The notes beneath the pieces were generated by a model that was not told the DNA's origin, did no database searches, and saw nothing but the letters and a program-made list of their open reading frames with translations. Shown here piece after piece: positions 55,479 through 64,000 of a stretch of DNA of 64,000 bases (within the stretch, counting starts at the first letter, position 1; every line of letters begins with the position of its first letter). This DNA is from Minisyncoccota bacterium (GTDB taxonomy: Bacteria > Patescibacteriota > Minisyncoccia > Minisyncoccales > Minisyncoccaceae): positions 2,537-66,536 of the forward strand of contig JAQVLF010000001.1 of the NCBI GenBank assembly GCA_028704295.1. Direction: 5' to 3'. A program made the position numbers and the translations under genes.

Positions 55479-56672
55479 CTATTTGAGTCTCGCAAGTTTC
55501 CTCTGATAGCTTATTGCAAAACGATGAGCTTCATTTCTTACATTTATAAATAATTTTTTATTATTTTCTATAAAGCTGATTATATCTTTATTTTTACTTC
55601 CATATACAAATTCATCTTTCTTCCTGTCTTTTCCTTTTGCAATTCCAAAAACAAAAATATCCTTAAACGTTTTTTTGGCTAAATTAACTTGCGATTTTCC
55701 TCCATCAACTAAAATAATCTGAGGAGATTCCCATTCACTATGCTTTAATCTCCTTTCAAAAACTTCTCTTAAGCAATCAATGTCGCTTTGCTTTTGAACA
55801 GTTCTAATTTTAAATCTTTTATATTCTTTTTTAACAGAACCTTCTAAATTGAAAACCACCATGCTTCCAACTTTATAATCCTTTCCAAAATTAGAAATAT
55901 CGTATCCTTCTATTCTTTTAATATTTAATTTTTCTTTGAAATCATCTTCTACAAAACTTTTGCTAATAAGGGACGCATCCTGTATTTTTTGAAGCCTTTT
56001 TAATTGAAATTTTACTCTATTTGCTTCTTCAAATTTTTCTTCTTTAGCAAATTTCTTCATCTGTCTTTCTAAATTTTTAATAACAGCTTTTTTATTTCCA
56101 TTTAAAAATTGAATGAGTGGCTTTATCACCCTCTTATTATATTCATCCTTATTTATTTTATTAATGCAAACTCCCAGGCATTTTTTGATTTGGTAATCAA
56201 AGCATGGACGCTTCTGATTTGGCTCACATTTTGAAACAAAAAAAAGCGAATGCAATATCCTAAGCATCTCAGATGTTTTAATATTTGGATAAGGCCCGAA
56301 CAGTTTTTTAACTTTCTTTTTATCAAAATCTTTTAATTCGTGCTCCCTTATTGTTTTTAATTTAGGAAAATCCTCTTTTATTAAATAAAGATAAATCCAA
56401 CTCTTGTCATCCTTTCCAATTACATTATATCTTGGTCTCATTTTCTTAATATATTTAGCCTCTAAAATTGCAGCCTCTATAACTGAATCTGTTTCAATGG
56501 TTTTGATTTGAGTGACTTCTTTAATCAAAAGCTCTATTGGCCTTCCAGTCTTAGGGTGAGAGAAATAGCTCTTTACTCTATTTTTAAGAGAAGTTGCTTT
56601 TCCCACATATATGAGCTCATTATCTTTATAAAAAAGATAAATTCCTGGAACATCTTTTAAATTTTTTATCAT
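55479..56672 (-). CDS. uvrC: excinuclease ABC subunit C, short form
   Basis: The GIY-YIG motif (PGIYLFY...LIYVGKA...L..R), a UVR domain (FEEANRVKFQLKRLQ), and the endonuclease domain start IEGYDISN. At 397 aa it ends without an (HhH)2 domain. Confidence 0.82.
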   Translation of the reverse strand: MIKNLKDVPGIYLFYKDNELIYVGKATSLKNRVKSYFSHPKTGRPIELLIKEVTQIKTIETDSVIEAAILEAKYIKKMRPRYNVIGKDDKSWIYLYLIKEDFPKLKTIREHELKDFDKKKVKKLFGPYPNIKTSEMLRILHSLFFVSKCEPNQKRPCFDYQIKKCLGVCINKINKDEYNKRVIKPLIQFLNGNKKAVIKNLERQMKKFAKEEKFEEANRVKFQLKRLQKIQDASLISKSFVEDDFKEKLNIKRIEGYDISNFGKDYKVGSMVVFNLEGSVKKEYKRFKIRTVQKQSDIDCLREVFERRLKHSEWESPQIILVDGGKSQVNLAKKTFKDIFVFGIAKGKDRKKDEFVYGSKNKDIISFIENNKKLFINVRNEAHRFAISYQRKLARLK

Positions 56673-59200
56673 AAAAATTTCTTTAAATATTTTCCTGTAT
56701 ATGAAATTGTGCTCTTTCTTGCAATTTCTTCTGGCGTGCCCTCTGCTATAACCTCGCCCCCAAGGTCTCCCCCTAGAGGACCTAAATCAATAATCCAATC
56801 AGCTGTTTTAATAAAATCCAAATTGTGTTCAATTACAAGAACCGTATTGCCTTGGGATACTAATCTTTGAATAACATCTATTAACTTTTTAACGTCTTCG
56901 TAATGAAGTCCTGTGGTAGGCTCGTCTAATAAATACAAAGTTTTTGTAGTGCTTCTTTTTGCAAGCTCTTTGCTTAACTTAACTCTTTGCGCTTCTCCTC
57001 CAGACAGCGTTGTAGCAGACTGCCCTAATCTTAAATATCCGAGCCCAACTTCATTTAAGACTTTTAATTTATCATATATTTGAGGAACATCTTTGAAAAA
57101 CTCTACTGCATCTTCCATTGTCATATCTAAAACCTCTGCAATATTTTTTCCCTTATAATGCACTTCTAAAGTATCTCTATTAAATCTTCTTCCTTTGCAA
57201 ACATCGCAAACAACTTCGACATTTGGAAGAAAATGCATTTCAATTTCAATTAATCCCCTTCCTTCGCAATGCTCGCATCTTCCTTGAGGCATATTAAAAC
57301 TAAATCTTCCTGATTTAAATCCTTTTATTCTAGCTTCAGGGGTTGCAGCAAATAACTCCCTTATATAATCAAAAACTTTTGTATAGGTTGCGGGATTAGA
57401 TCTCGGAGTCCTTCCAATTGGAGATTGGTCTATCTTTATTACTTTATCAATGTAGTCTAAATTCTTAATCTCCCTTACTTTCTTGTCAAAATTTTCCAAT
57501 CTTAATTTTCTATTTACAGTATAATTGTAAATAACATCGTTCATTAAAGTTGATTTTCCTGAACCAGAAACTCCTGTAAAGCATACAAATCTTTGAAGCG
57601 GAATCTTCACATCAATATGTTTTAAATTGTTTCCATATGCATCTTTAACTTCGAGCATTGGATGCATTTTATCTACAGGCCTTCTTATCTTAGGCACTTC
57701 TATCTCAATTTCTTTTCTTAAATATTTTCCTGTTAAACTTTCCTTAGGATCACCGATTAGCTTTAAGTCTGTTTCAGGCTTCTTTAAAAAAAGCATGTAT
57801 TCTAATGGGCCAGAAAACACAATCTCTCCCCCATGTTCTCCTGCAAACGGACCAAAATCAACAATCCAATCAGACCTTAATATAGTATCTTCATCATGTT
57901 CAACTACAACTATGGTATTTCCAATGTCGCACAAATTTCTAAGAGTGCTTACAAGCTTTTCATTGTCTCTTTGATGAAGTCCGATTGTCGGCTCATCTAA
58001 TACATAAAGTGCTCCTACAATTTTTGTTCCAACTTGAGAAGCTAGTCTGATTCTTTGAGCTTCGCCGCCTGACAATGTTCCTGCACGCCTATTTAGGTCA
58101 ATATAATTTAAACCTACATCGAGCATGAACTTAAGGCGATTTTTAACTTCATTTAAAATAGTTTCTGCTATTTCTAATTCTTTTTCACTCAATTTTAAAT
58201 TATTAATAAAACTAAATGCTTCATCGATATTTAAACTTGTAATATCCCATATATTTTTAGAATTAATCTTTACGCTAAGCGCATTTTTATTCAATCTTTT
58301 TCCCATACATACAGGACATAATTCATCAGAAAAAACATTTTCAGTCCCAATGCCTTTACAATATTCGCAGTACCCATAAGGACTATTAAAACTAAAAAGT
58401 CTTGGTTCTATTTCAGGAAAACTGTATCCGCATTTAGGGCAAGAATAGCTTGTGCTAAAAACATGCTCTTCTCCATCAATTAAAAGCAAACACAAACCAT
58501 CAGACAAATCGATTGCAGTTTCAACTGCTTCGCTTAATCTGAAATAGAAATCTTTATCAAATTCAATATCTTTAAATTTATCTATTACAACTTCTATTGT
58601 GTGTTTTTTGCCTTTTTCAACAATAATTCTTTCGTTTAATTTTTTAAATTCATTATCAAGTCTAACTTCTAAAAAACCTGATTCGTATAAGTCCTGAATT
58701 AATTGATAATATTCCCCTCTCCTTCCTCTAATAACAGGAGATAAGATTATAATTTCTTTTTTCCCGTCTATTATTTTTTTAATATTATCTACAATTTCAT
58801 CTACTGCCATTTTTTCAATTCGCGTTCCGCATTCTGGGCAGTATGGTTTTCCAATTCTTGCAAACAAAACTCTTAAGTAGTCATATATTTCTGTAATAGT
58901 TGCAACCGTTGATCTTGGATTAGCATTATGAGCTTTTTGACTTATAGCTATTGCAGGAGATAGACCCTCGATTTCATCAACGTTAGGCTTTTGCATTCCT
59001 CCCAAAAACTGCCTTGCATAGGCTGATAAAGATTCTAAATATCTTCTTTGTCCTTCTGCAAAAATTGTATCAAAAGCTAAGCTAGATTTTCCAGATCCAG
59101 ATAGTCCTGTAAAAACAATCATCTTATCCCTTGGAAGCTCAAGCGAAACATTTTTTAAGTTATGTTCCCTGGCTCCTTTTATAATAATCTTATTTTGCAT
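56669..59200 (-). CDS. uvrA: excinuclease ABC subunit A, without the insertion domain
   Basis: Two ABC modules (GLSGSGKSS and GVSGSGKST; LSGGEAQR occurs twice) and zinc modules. Only 9 residues separate CEYCKGIG from CPVCMGKRL. Confidence 0.9.
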   Translation of the reverse strand: MQNKIIIKGAREHNLKNVSLELPRDKMIVFTGLSGSGKSSLAFDTIFAEGQRRYLESLSAYARQFLGGMQKPNVDEIEGLSPAIAISQKAHNANPRSTVATITEIYDYLRVLFARIGKPYCPECGTRIEKMAVDEIVDNIKKIIDGKKEIIILSPVIRGRRGEYYQLIQDLYESGFLEVRLDNEFKKLNERIIVEKGKKHTIEVVIDKFKDIEFDKDFYFRLSEAVETAIDLSDGLCLLLIDGEEHVFSTSYSCPKCGYSFPEIEPRLFSFNSPYGYCEYCKGIGTENVFSDELCPVCMGKRLNKNALSVKINSKNIWDITSLNIDEAFSFINNLKLSEKELEIAETILNEVKNRLKFMLDVGLNYIDLNRRAGTLSGGEAQRIRLASQVGTKIVGALYVLDEPTIGLHQRDNEKLVSTLRNLCDIGNTIVVVEHDEDTILRSDWIVDFGPFAGEHGGEIVFSGPLEYMLFLKKPETDLKLIGDPKESLTGKYLRKEIEIEVPKIRRPVDKMHPMLEVKDAYGNNLKHIDVKIPLQRFVCFTGVSGSGKSTLMNDVIYNYTVNRKLRLENFDKKVREIKNLDYIDKVIKIDQSPIGRTPRSNPATYTKVFDYIRELFAATPEARIKGFKSGRFSFNMPQGRCEHCEGRGLIEIEMHFLPNVEVVCDVCKGRRFNRDTLEVHYKGKNIAEVLDMTMEDAVEFFKDVPQIYDKLKVLNEVGLGYLRLGQSATTLSGGEAQRVKLSKELAKRSTTKTLYLLDEPTTGLHYEDVKKLIDVIQRLVSQGNTVLVIEHNLDFIKTADWIIDLGPLGGDLGGEVIAEGTPEEIARKSTISYTGKYLKKFL

Positions 59201-61199
59201 TTTTCTTAAGTTCTTTTTCTAATTCTCTAACTTCGTCTCTTAAGATTGCAGCTAGTTCAAATTCGAGCTTTTCTGCCGCTTCATCCATTTGAAGCTTCTT
59301 TGCTTTGATAATTTCTTTTATACTTCTATCGTCTCCTAAAAGATCTAATTTAACAAGCTGTTTTTTCTCCCTACTTGGAGAAAGTCCAAATTGATCTAAA
59401 ATATTTTTAATATTCTTTTTAATCGTTGTTGGCGTAATATTATGCTTTTTATTATACATGAGTTGAAGTTCTCTTCTTCTTTTAGTCTCGCTAACTGCTT
59501 TTTTTATTGATTCAGTCATTTCATCAGCATATAGAATAACTCTTCCATTTTCATTTCTAGCAGCTCTTCCAATTGTCTGAATTAAACTTGTTTCGTTTCT
59601 TAAAAATCCTTCCTTGTCCGCATCTAAAATTGCAACAAGCGATACTTCTGGAATATCCAAGCCTTCTCTTAAAAGATTTACTCCCACAATTGCATCGATT
59701 AATCCCTTTCTTAAATCAGTAATAATTTCTATTCTCTCTAACGTCTTAATATCTGAATGAAGATATTTAACTTTTATCTTTTTGTCTTCTAAAAAAGAGG
59801 TAAGATCTTCTGCCATTCTTTTTGTTAGAGTGGTCACTAAGGTTCTCTCTCCCTTTCCTGCCTGTTTTTCAATTTCAGAAATAAGATCATCTATTTGAGA
59901 TAAGTTATCTTGAGATGAAACAACCGGCCTTATATCAATTTCTGGATCAACGAGTCCTGTTGGTCTTACAATCTGCTCTACCACATTTTGGCTAATAGAA
60001 ATCTCTTCTTTAGAAGGAGTTGCTGAAACATAAATAATATTTTTAGCGCGTTCATTGAATTCAGAATATTTAAGTGGCCTATTGTCAAAAGCTGAAGGCA
60101 ATCTAAATCCATGCTCTATTAAAGCTGTCTTCCTTGCCTTGTCCCCATTATACATTGCTCTTAGCTGAGGCAAACTAACATGCGATTCATCAATAATAAT
60201 TAAAAAGTCTTTTTCCGCTTCTTTAAAATAGTCTAAAAGCGTAAATGGAGGCTCTCCTCTTTTCCTCTTGTCAAAGTGAGCCGAATAATTTTCAATGCCT
60301 TGGCAATATCCAATGTTTTCAATCATTTCAAGATCATAGTTTACTCTTCTTTTTAATCTTTCGTACTCTACAATCTTTCCTTGTTTTTCAAAATACTTTA
60401 ATCTTTGATTAAGTTCTTTTCTTATGCTATCTATGGCTGACTGTTTCTCATTTTCATTGATTATATAATGGGTTGCTGGAAAAATATTAACAGAGTCTAA
60501 TTCCTTAATAAGCTCTTTTGTTAAATAATCGATGAACTCTATTTTTTCTATTTTATCACTTATAATAAATCTATAAATTGCTTTTTCATTTACAGGCATA
60601 ACTTCCAAAACTTGTCCTCTTAAACGGAACTTTCCCCTTTCTAATTCTCCCAAAGTTCTTTCAAAATTAATTTCAATCAATTTCCTTGCAAGTTCGCTAT
60701 GTTTAATCATCTGCCCTTTTTCAAAAGAAAAAATTATTCTTTCATATTCTTTTGGAGAGCCTAATCCATAAATAGCTGAAACCGAAGAAACAATGATTAC
60801 ATCTTTTCTTGTTAAAAGCGCTTGTGTAGACGCATGACGCAACCTATCAATTTCATCATTTATCTGAGCCTCCTTTTCTATATATGTATCAGTTTTTGGA
60901 AGATAGCTTTCTGGTTGATAGTAATCATAATAGCTTACAAAATACTCAACTGCATTAGCAGGGAAAAATTCCCTAAATTCATTGCATAATTGAGCTGCCA
61001 AAGTTTTATTATGAGATATTACAAGCGTCGGCTTATTGATCTTTTCAATTACATTGGCTGCTGTAAAAGTCTTTCCAGATCCAGTTACTCCTAAAAGAGT
61101 TTGCCTATTAAATCCTTTTTCAAGGCCACATAAAAGCCCCCTAATTGCTTTAGGTTGATCACCTTTTGGTTTAATTTTTGTTTTAAGCTTAAAATTCAT
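59190..61199 (-). CDS. uvrB: excinuclease ABC subunit B
   Basis: GDQPKAI, GVTGSGKT, the DESH box, and the C-terminal UVR domain (ELAAILRDEVRELE). Confidence 0.92.
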   Translation of the reverse strand: MNFKLKTKIKPKGDQPKAIRGLLCGLEKGFNRQTLLGVTGSGKTFTAANVIEKINKPTLVISHNKTLAAQLCNEFREFFPANAVEYFVSYYDYYQPESYLPKTDTYIEKEAQINDEIDRLRHASTQALLTRKDVIIVSSVSAIYGLGSPKEYERIIFSFEKGQMIKHSELARKLIEINFERTLGELERGKFRLRGQVLEVMPVNEKAIYRFIISDKIEKIEFIDYLTKELIKELDSVNIFPATHYIINENEKQSAIDSIRKELNQRLKYFEKQGKIVEYERLKRRVNYDLEMIENIGYCQGIENYSAHFDKRKRGEPPFTLLDYFKEAEKDFLIIIDESHVSLPQLRAMYNGDKARKTALIEHGFRLPSAFDNRPLKYSEFNERAKNIIYVSATPSKEEISISQNVVEQIVRPTGLVDPEIDIRPVVSSQDNLSQIDDLISEIEKQAGKGERTLVTTLTKRMAEDLTSFLEDKKIKVKYLHSDIKTLERIEIITDLRKGLIDAIVGVNLLREGLDIPEVSLVAILDADKEGFLRNETSLIQTIGRAARNENGRVILYADEMTESIKKAVSETKRRRELQLMYNKKHNITPTTIKKNIKNILDQFGLSPSREKKQLVKLDLLGDDRSIKEIIKAKKLQMDEAAEKLEFELAAILRDEVRELEKELKKNAK

Positions 61200-61284
61200 G
61201 GCAAACAAAATTTACCAGAAAAGAAATTATAAATCAATAGAAAATATGAGGCATAAAGCCTCATACCTTACTATGCTATAATCT

Positions 61285-62043
61285 TTATTTTACTTTATAT
61301 ATAATGGTTACATTAGAAGTAATGGTGTTCTCTCCTGTCTCAATGGATGGAGAAACACTATCTGCCGCTCCTCCCATGCCAAGCATCTTATATGAAGAAG
61401 TTGCTTCATAATATACTGGGTTATAAGTATTTTCATAAAAGCCGATAATTTCTTTCAAAGACACTCCTAAATCCTTTTCTAATTTTAAAGCTTTGTCTTT
61501 AGCGTCAGTAATAGCCTGCTCCTTTGCCTGTTCTTTCAATAACTCATCATTATCGATAATAAAGCTCAACCCTGAAACATCATTAGCTCCTCTTGATGTT
61601 GCTCCAGAGATAATGTCGCCAACCATATTCAAATCTCTAATTTTAATAATCAAACTCTGAGTGACATCATATCCTGCCAAGTATCTATTCCTATAATCCT
61701 CTCCATACTCATATCTTGGATTAATATTATATGTGCTTGTCTTTATATCCTTATCTTCTATATTTTTTTCTTTAAGAAAAGAAATAATGTCATTGATCTT
61801 TATATTGTTCTCTTCGGTAGCCAAGCCTAAATCTTTGTTTCCAGTTATAACAGTTAGGTTAATTTGAGCTACATCAGGCTTCGCATTAATTTCAGCAGAC
61901 CCTGTAACTGAAATTGTATTAATGGTTTCCTTGTCTTCTCTTGAATTTAGAATGGAGAAAACGAAGAAAATAATTAAAATTATTAAAAATAATTTTACTA
62001 AACCTTTGAAACCGTTATCATTAAATAAATCTTCTTTTTCCAT
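61285..62043 (-). CDS. SIMPL (DUF541) domain protein
   Basis: A TM anchor, TISVTGSAEINAKPDVAQINLTV, and the C-terminal ITSNVTIIYKV. Confidence 0.65.
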   Translation of the reverse strand: MEKEDLFNDNGFKGLVKLFLIILIIFFVFSILNSREDKETINTISVTGSAEINAKPDVAQINLTVITGNKDLGLATEENNIKINDIISFLKEKNIEDKDIKTSTYNINPRYEYGEDYRNRYLAGYDVTQSLIIKIRDLNMVGDIISGATSRGANDVSGLSFIIDNDELLKEQAKEQAITDAKDKALKLEKDLGVSLKEIIGFYENTYNPVYYEATSSYKMLGMGGAADSVSPSIETGENTITSNVTIIYKVK

Positions 62044-62048
62044 ATCTT

Positions 62049-62921
62049 TTAATTATTAATATTAAATTCTGATAAGTCGCTATATGGACCATAGACCTTG
62101 TTTTTTAAATTTACATAATATGCATTATTCTTGACATATGAAAATCCCAAGTCTTCTCCATAAAATTCAATGCTTGGCTCCCCCTCATATGGTCCAGTTG
62201 CTTTCCCATTGATATTAACATACCATTTTTGCTTGTAATTGCATAAAATCCCCCAATCATTTTCATCATATGTAATATATGATTCGCTATATGGGCCATA
62301 TTCTTTTCCATTAATAACAATGGTTTCTTCTCCTGAATTATTGTTTTTATACTTTTTAATATTTGTGCTGCCTACGTTAATATCCTTTTCTAATGCTAAA
62401 ACTTCAGCCTTCTCTTCTTCAACCACTTGAGTTTCTTGTTCTTCTTCGGGCATAATGATTTCCATTGGCTCATCTTCTTGTTCAATTATTTCTATTACGC
62501 AAGTATAATTATCTTCCCTGCAGTTAGGAACATCAACACTACCCAAGAATTCATTGTCTACACAGAAATTGCTTCCATTATAATTTAATGAAAGGCAGTA
62601 CTTTTCATTTTCAGGATCAATGTTACTAATAATATTTGAGGCTCCTGCTGTTTTTAATTCCACGATTTTATCTAAAAATTGCTGATTATTATACAGATGT
62701 CTATAAGTTAATTCATTAGTCTTATCTTCTTCTATTATTATCTTTATACTATTTACCTCTGAACTTATATCAAAAACTTGCTCTTCCTGATTTGTTTCTT
62801 CGCTTTCTTGTTGAGCTTCTTTTACAGAGGATTCTTTTGGAATCATAGAACTCACAAGAAATATAATTCCAATTAAAGAAAAAAGAACGATTGATAAAAC
62901 TATTGCTATTTTTTTATCCAT
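62049..62921 (-). CDS. hypothetical membrane-anchored protein with a repeated NGK/NK-x-x-GPY motif
   Basis: A TM anchor and an acidic linker. Three C-terminal repeats are INGKEYGPYSE, INGKATGPYEG and LKNKVYGPYSD. Confidence 0.45.
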   Translation of the reverse strand: MDKKIAIVLSIVLFSLIGIIFLVSSMIPKESSVKEAQQESEETNQEEQVFDISSEVNSIKIIIEEDKTNELTYRHLYNNQQFLDKIVELKTAGASNIISNIDPENEKYCLSLNYNGSNFCVDNEFLGSVDVPNCREDNYTCVIEIIEQEDEPMEIIMPEEEQETQVVEEEKAEVLALEKDINVGSTNIKKYKNNNSGEETIVINGKEYGPYSESYITYDENDWGILCNYKQKWYVNINGKATGPYEGEPSIEFYGEDLGFSYVKNNAYYVNLKNKVYGPYSDLSEFNINN

Positions 62922-62926
62922 AAAAT

Positions 62927-63793
62927 TTAATAAATTACCTTATTATAAATATCAACTTCTTTTTCAATGCACTGATAGCCTTTATCGTGCTTCCAATTAT
63001 TGTCACTATAAGTTTTTATTTTCTCTAAATTGGAAGACATAAACTCTGCACATAGCTTGTATTTCTTATCGCCAGTAATTTCATATTCATAATCAAGGCT
63101 TCCATTATAGGGCTTGATAATTTTTGATTCTACATCATTTAGATTTTGAGGAAGTTTTTCATTCTCATTATAATAATTATCAATTGCAAACTTAATAGTG
63201 TTAAAATCACTTAAAATTTTATCATCTAATTTCCTATTCCTTGATTCTTGCGGAGAATCTATTAAAAAGAAAGATGATATAAAAGCAGCTGAAATCAATG
63301 CAAGCGAAATATAAAAGAAAATTGCATTAATCTTATAATCTTTAAAATCTCCTCTTTTAATATCATAAAAATAGAATCCAAAGATTAGAGCTGCAATAAA
63401 TAAAACTGTTAGAATTTTCAAAACAGAATTAACTGTAAGCGCTCCATCCAAAAAATTGTTCAGAATAGCAATCAAGGAGCCAATAACAACTACACTTGAG
63501 ACAAATAATATAAAATAAGTAAGCCACCTTCTAACCGAAGAATCTTTTTTTAATTCTCCGGACTTAAGACTTTTGTAAATTTTATTCATCACAAAATAAA
63601 AGATAGGCGTTGCAATTAAAATTCCTGAAATTGCACCTTTGATAGGAGAATCGCTATAATAGTAAATTGTTTTTGCTATATCTGGAAAAAATTTATTGAT
63701 CATTTCAAATAAAATATTTCCAAAAGACAAAGATATTATAATCAATGTCACTAAAGATAGCATGTAATAAAATGCAAATTTTGCTGAATTCAT
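62927..63793 (-). CDS. polytopic membrane protein with a soluble C-terminal domain
   Basis: ORF with about 6 TM helices. It may be DUF5671-like. Confidence 0.4.
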   Translation of the reverse strand: MNSAKFAFYYMLSLVTLIIISLSFGNILFEMINKFFPDIAKTIYYYSDSPIKGAISGILIATPIFYFVMNKIYKSLKSGELKKDSSVRRWLTYFILFVSSVVVIGSLIAILNNFLDGALTVNSVLKILTVLFIAALIFGFYFYDIKRGDFKDYKINAIFFYISLALISAAFISSFFLIDSPQESRNRKLDDKILSDFNTIKFAIDNYYNENEKLPQNLNDVESKIIKPYNGSLDYEYEITGDKKYKLCAEFMSSNLEKIKTYSDNNWKHDKGYQCIEKEVDIYNKVIY

Positions 63794-63823
63794 ACTATAA
63801 TAATATCATATGGAAAAAAACAA

Positions 63824-64000
63824 TCAAGAAGGATTTTTGTAGATTTCCATTTGACATTCCTTACAGTTGAATTCCAACAAAAACTTTTGCCCTCTTTCAT
63901 TAATTAAATAAAGAGGTTCTTTTAATCCCTGCTTTTTGCAAAAGCCTAAATAATATTTAAGGCAATGCTTAGTTGTCATTAATTTATCGCCCTCTTTTAT
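63824..64000 (-). CDS. C-terminal fragment of a gene that runs off the window, possibly a U32-family peptidase
   Basis: The frame is open from the window edge to the TGA at 63826..63824. It translates as ...MTTKHCLKYYLGFCKKQGLKEPLYLINERGQKFLLEFNCKECQMEIYKNPS. The Cys pattern resembles U32 peptidase C-termini, but that is from memory only. Confidence 0.3.
   Translation of the reverse strand: MKEGDKLMTTKHCLKYYLGFCKKQGLKEPLYLINERGQKFLLEFNCKECQMEIYKNPS

Noticed and set aside
1-64000. CRISPR arrays, rRNA genes, IS elements/transposases and integrases
   Set aside because: I looked for regularly spaced direct repeats, rRNA-like GC-rich blocks, and DDE or tyrosine-recombinase motifs in the translations, and found none.

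Overview
The window is AT-rich and gene-dense, and almost every gene lies on the minus strand. The housekeeping set is streamlined: dnaX, cysK-like, cysS, dnaB, rplU, rpmB, mnmA, sufC/sufD-like, ppa, gpsA, uppP, prmC, tyrS, ychF, tsaC, lepB and uvrABC. This content, together with many small membrane-anchored hypotheticals, three SIMPL paralogs and pilin-like lectin proteins, fits a small-genome bacterium of the CPR/Patescibacteria type, though that placement is inference only. I saw no rRNA, CRISPR array, transposase or integrase. Two reverse-transcriptase systems stand out. (1) A complete diversity-generating retroelement (DGR) spans 45.8-48.8 kb, ordered RT - template repeat (TR) - Avd - target. 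A 116-nt TR/variable-repeat (VR) pair differs at 9 TR-adenine positions, and the target is a type IV pilin-like protein with an FGE/C-type-lectin-like C-terminus. (2) A retron-type RT lies at 2.4-3.5 kb, immediately next to tRNA-Gln. A 12-bp inverted-repeat RNA-like element and a DUF3800-like gene sit upstream of it, and six tightly packed ORFs with no motif I recognise sit downstream. Other notable items are listed below:
- A second pilin-like LamG gene is interrupted at a G9 homopolymer.
- An AlkD-like gene carries a 1-nt frameshift.
- Several GC-elevated non-coding islands may be RNA genes that I could not assign.
- An ATP-cone/Mrr-like nuclease sits next to a MazG gene.
- Two ATP-grasp ligases lie in tandem.
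- UvrA lacks its insertion domain and UvrC is truncated.
- A YafQ/DinJ toxin-antitoxin pair is present.

All calls rest on reading the translations and the sequence by eye. No database searches were run.
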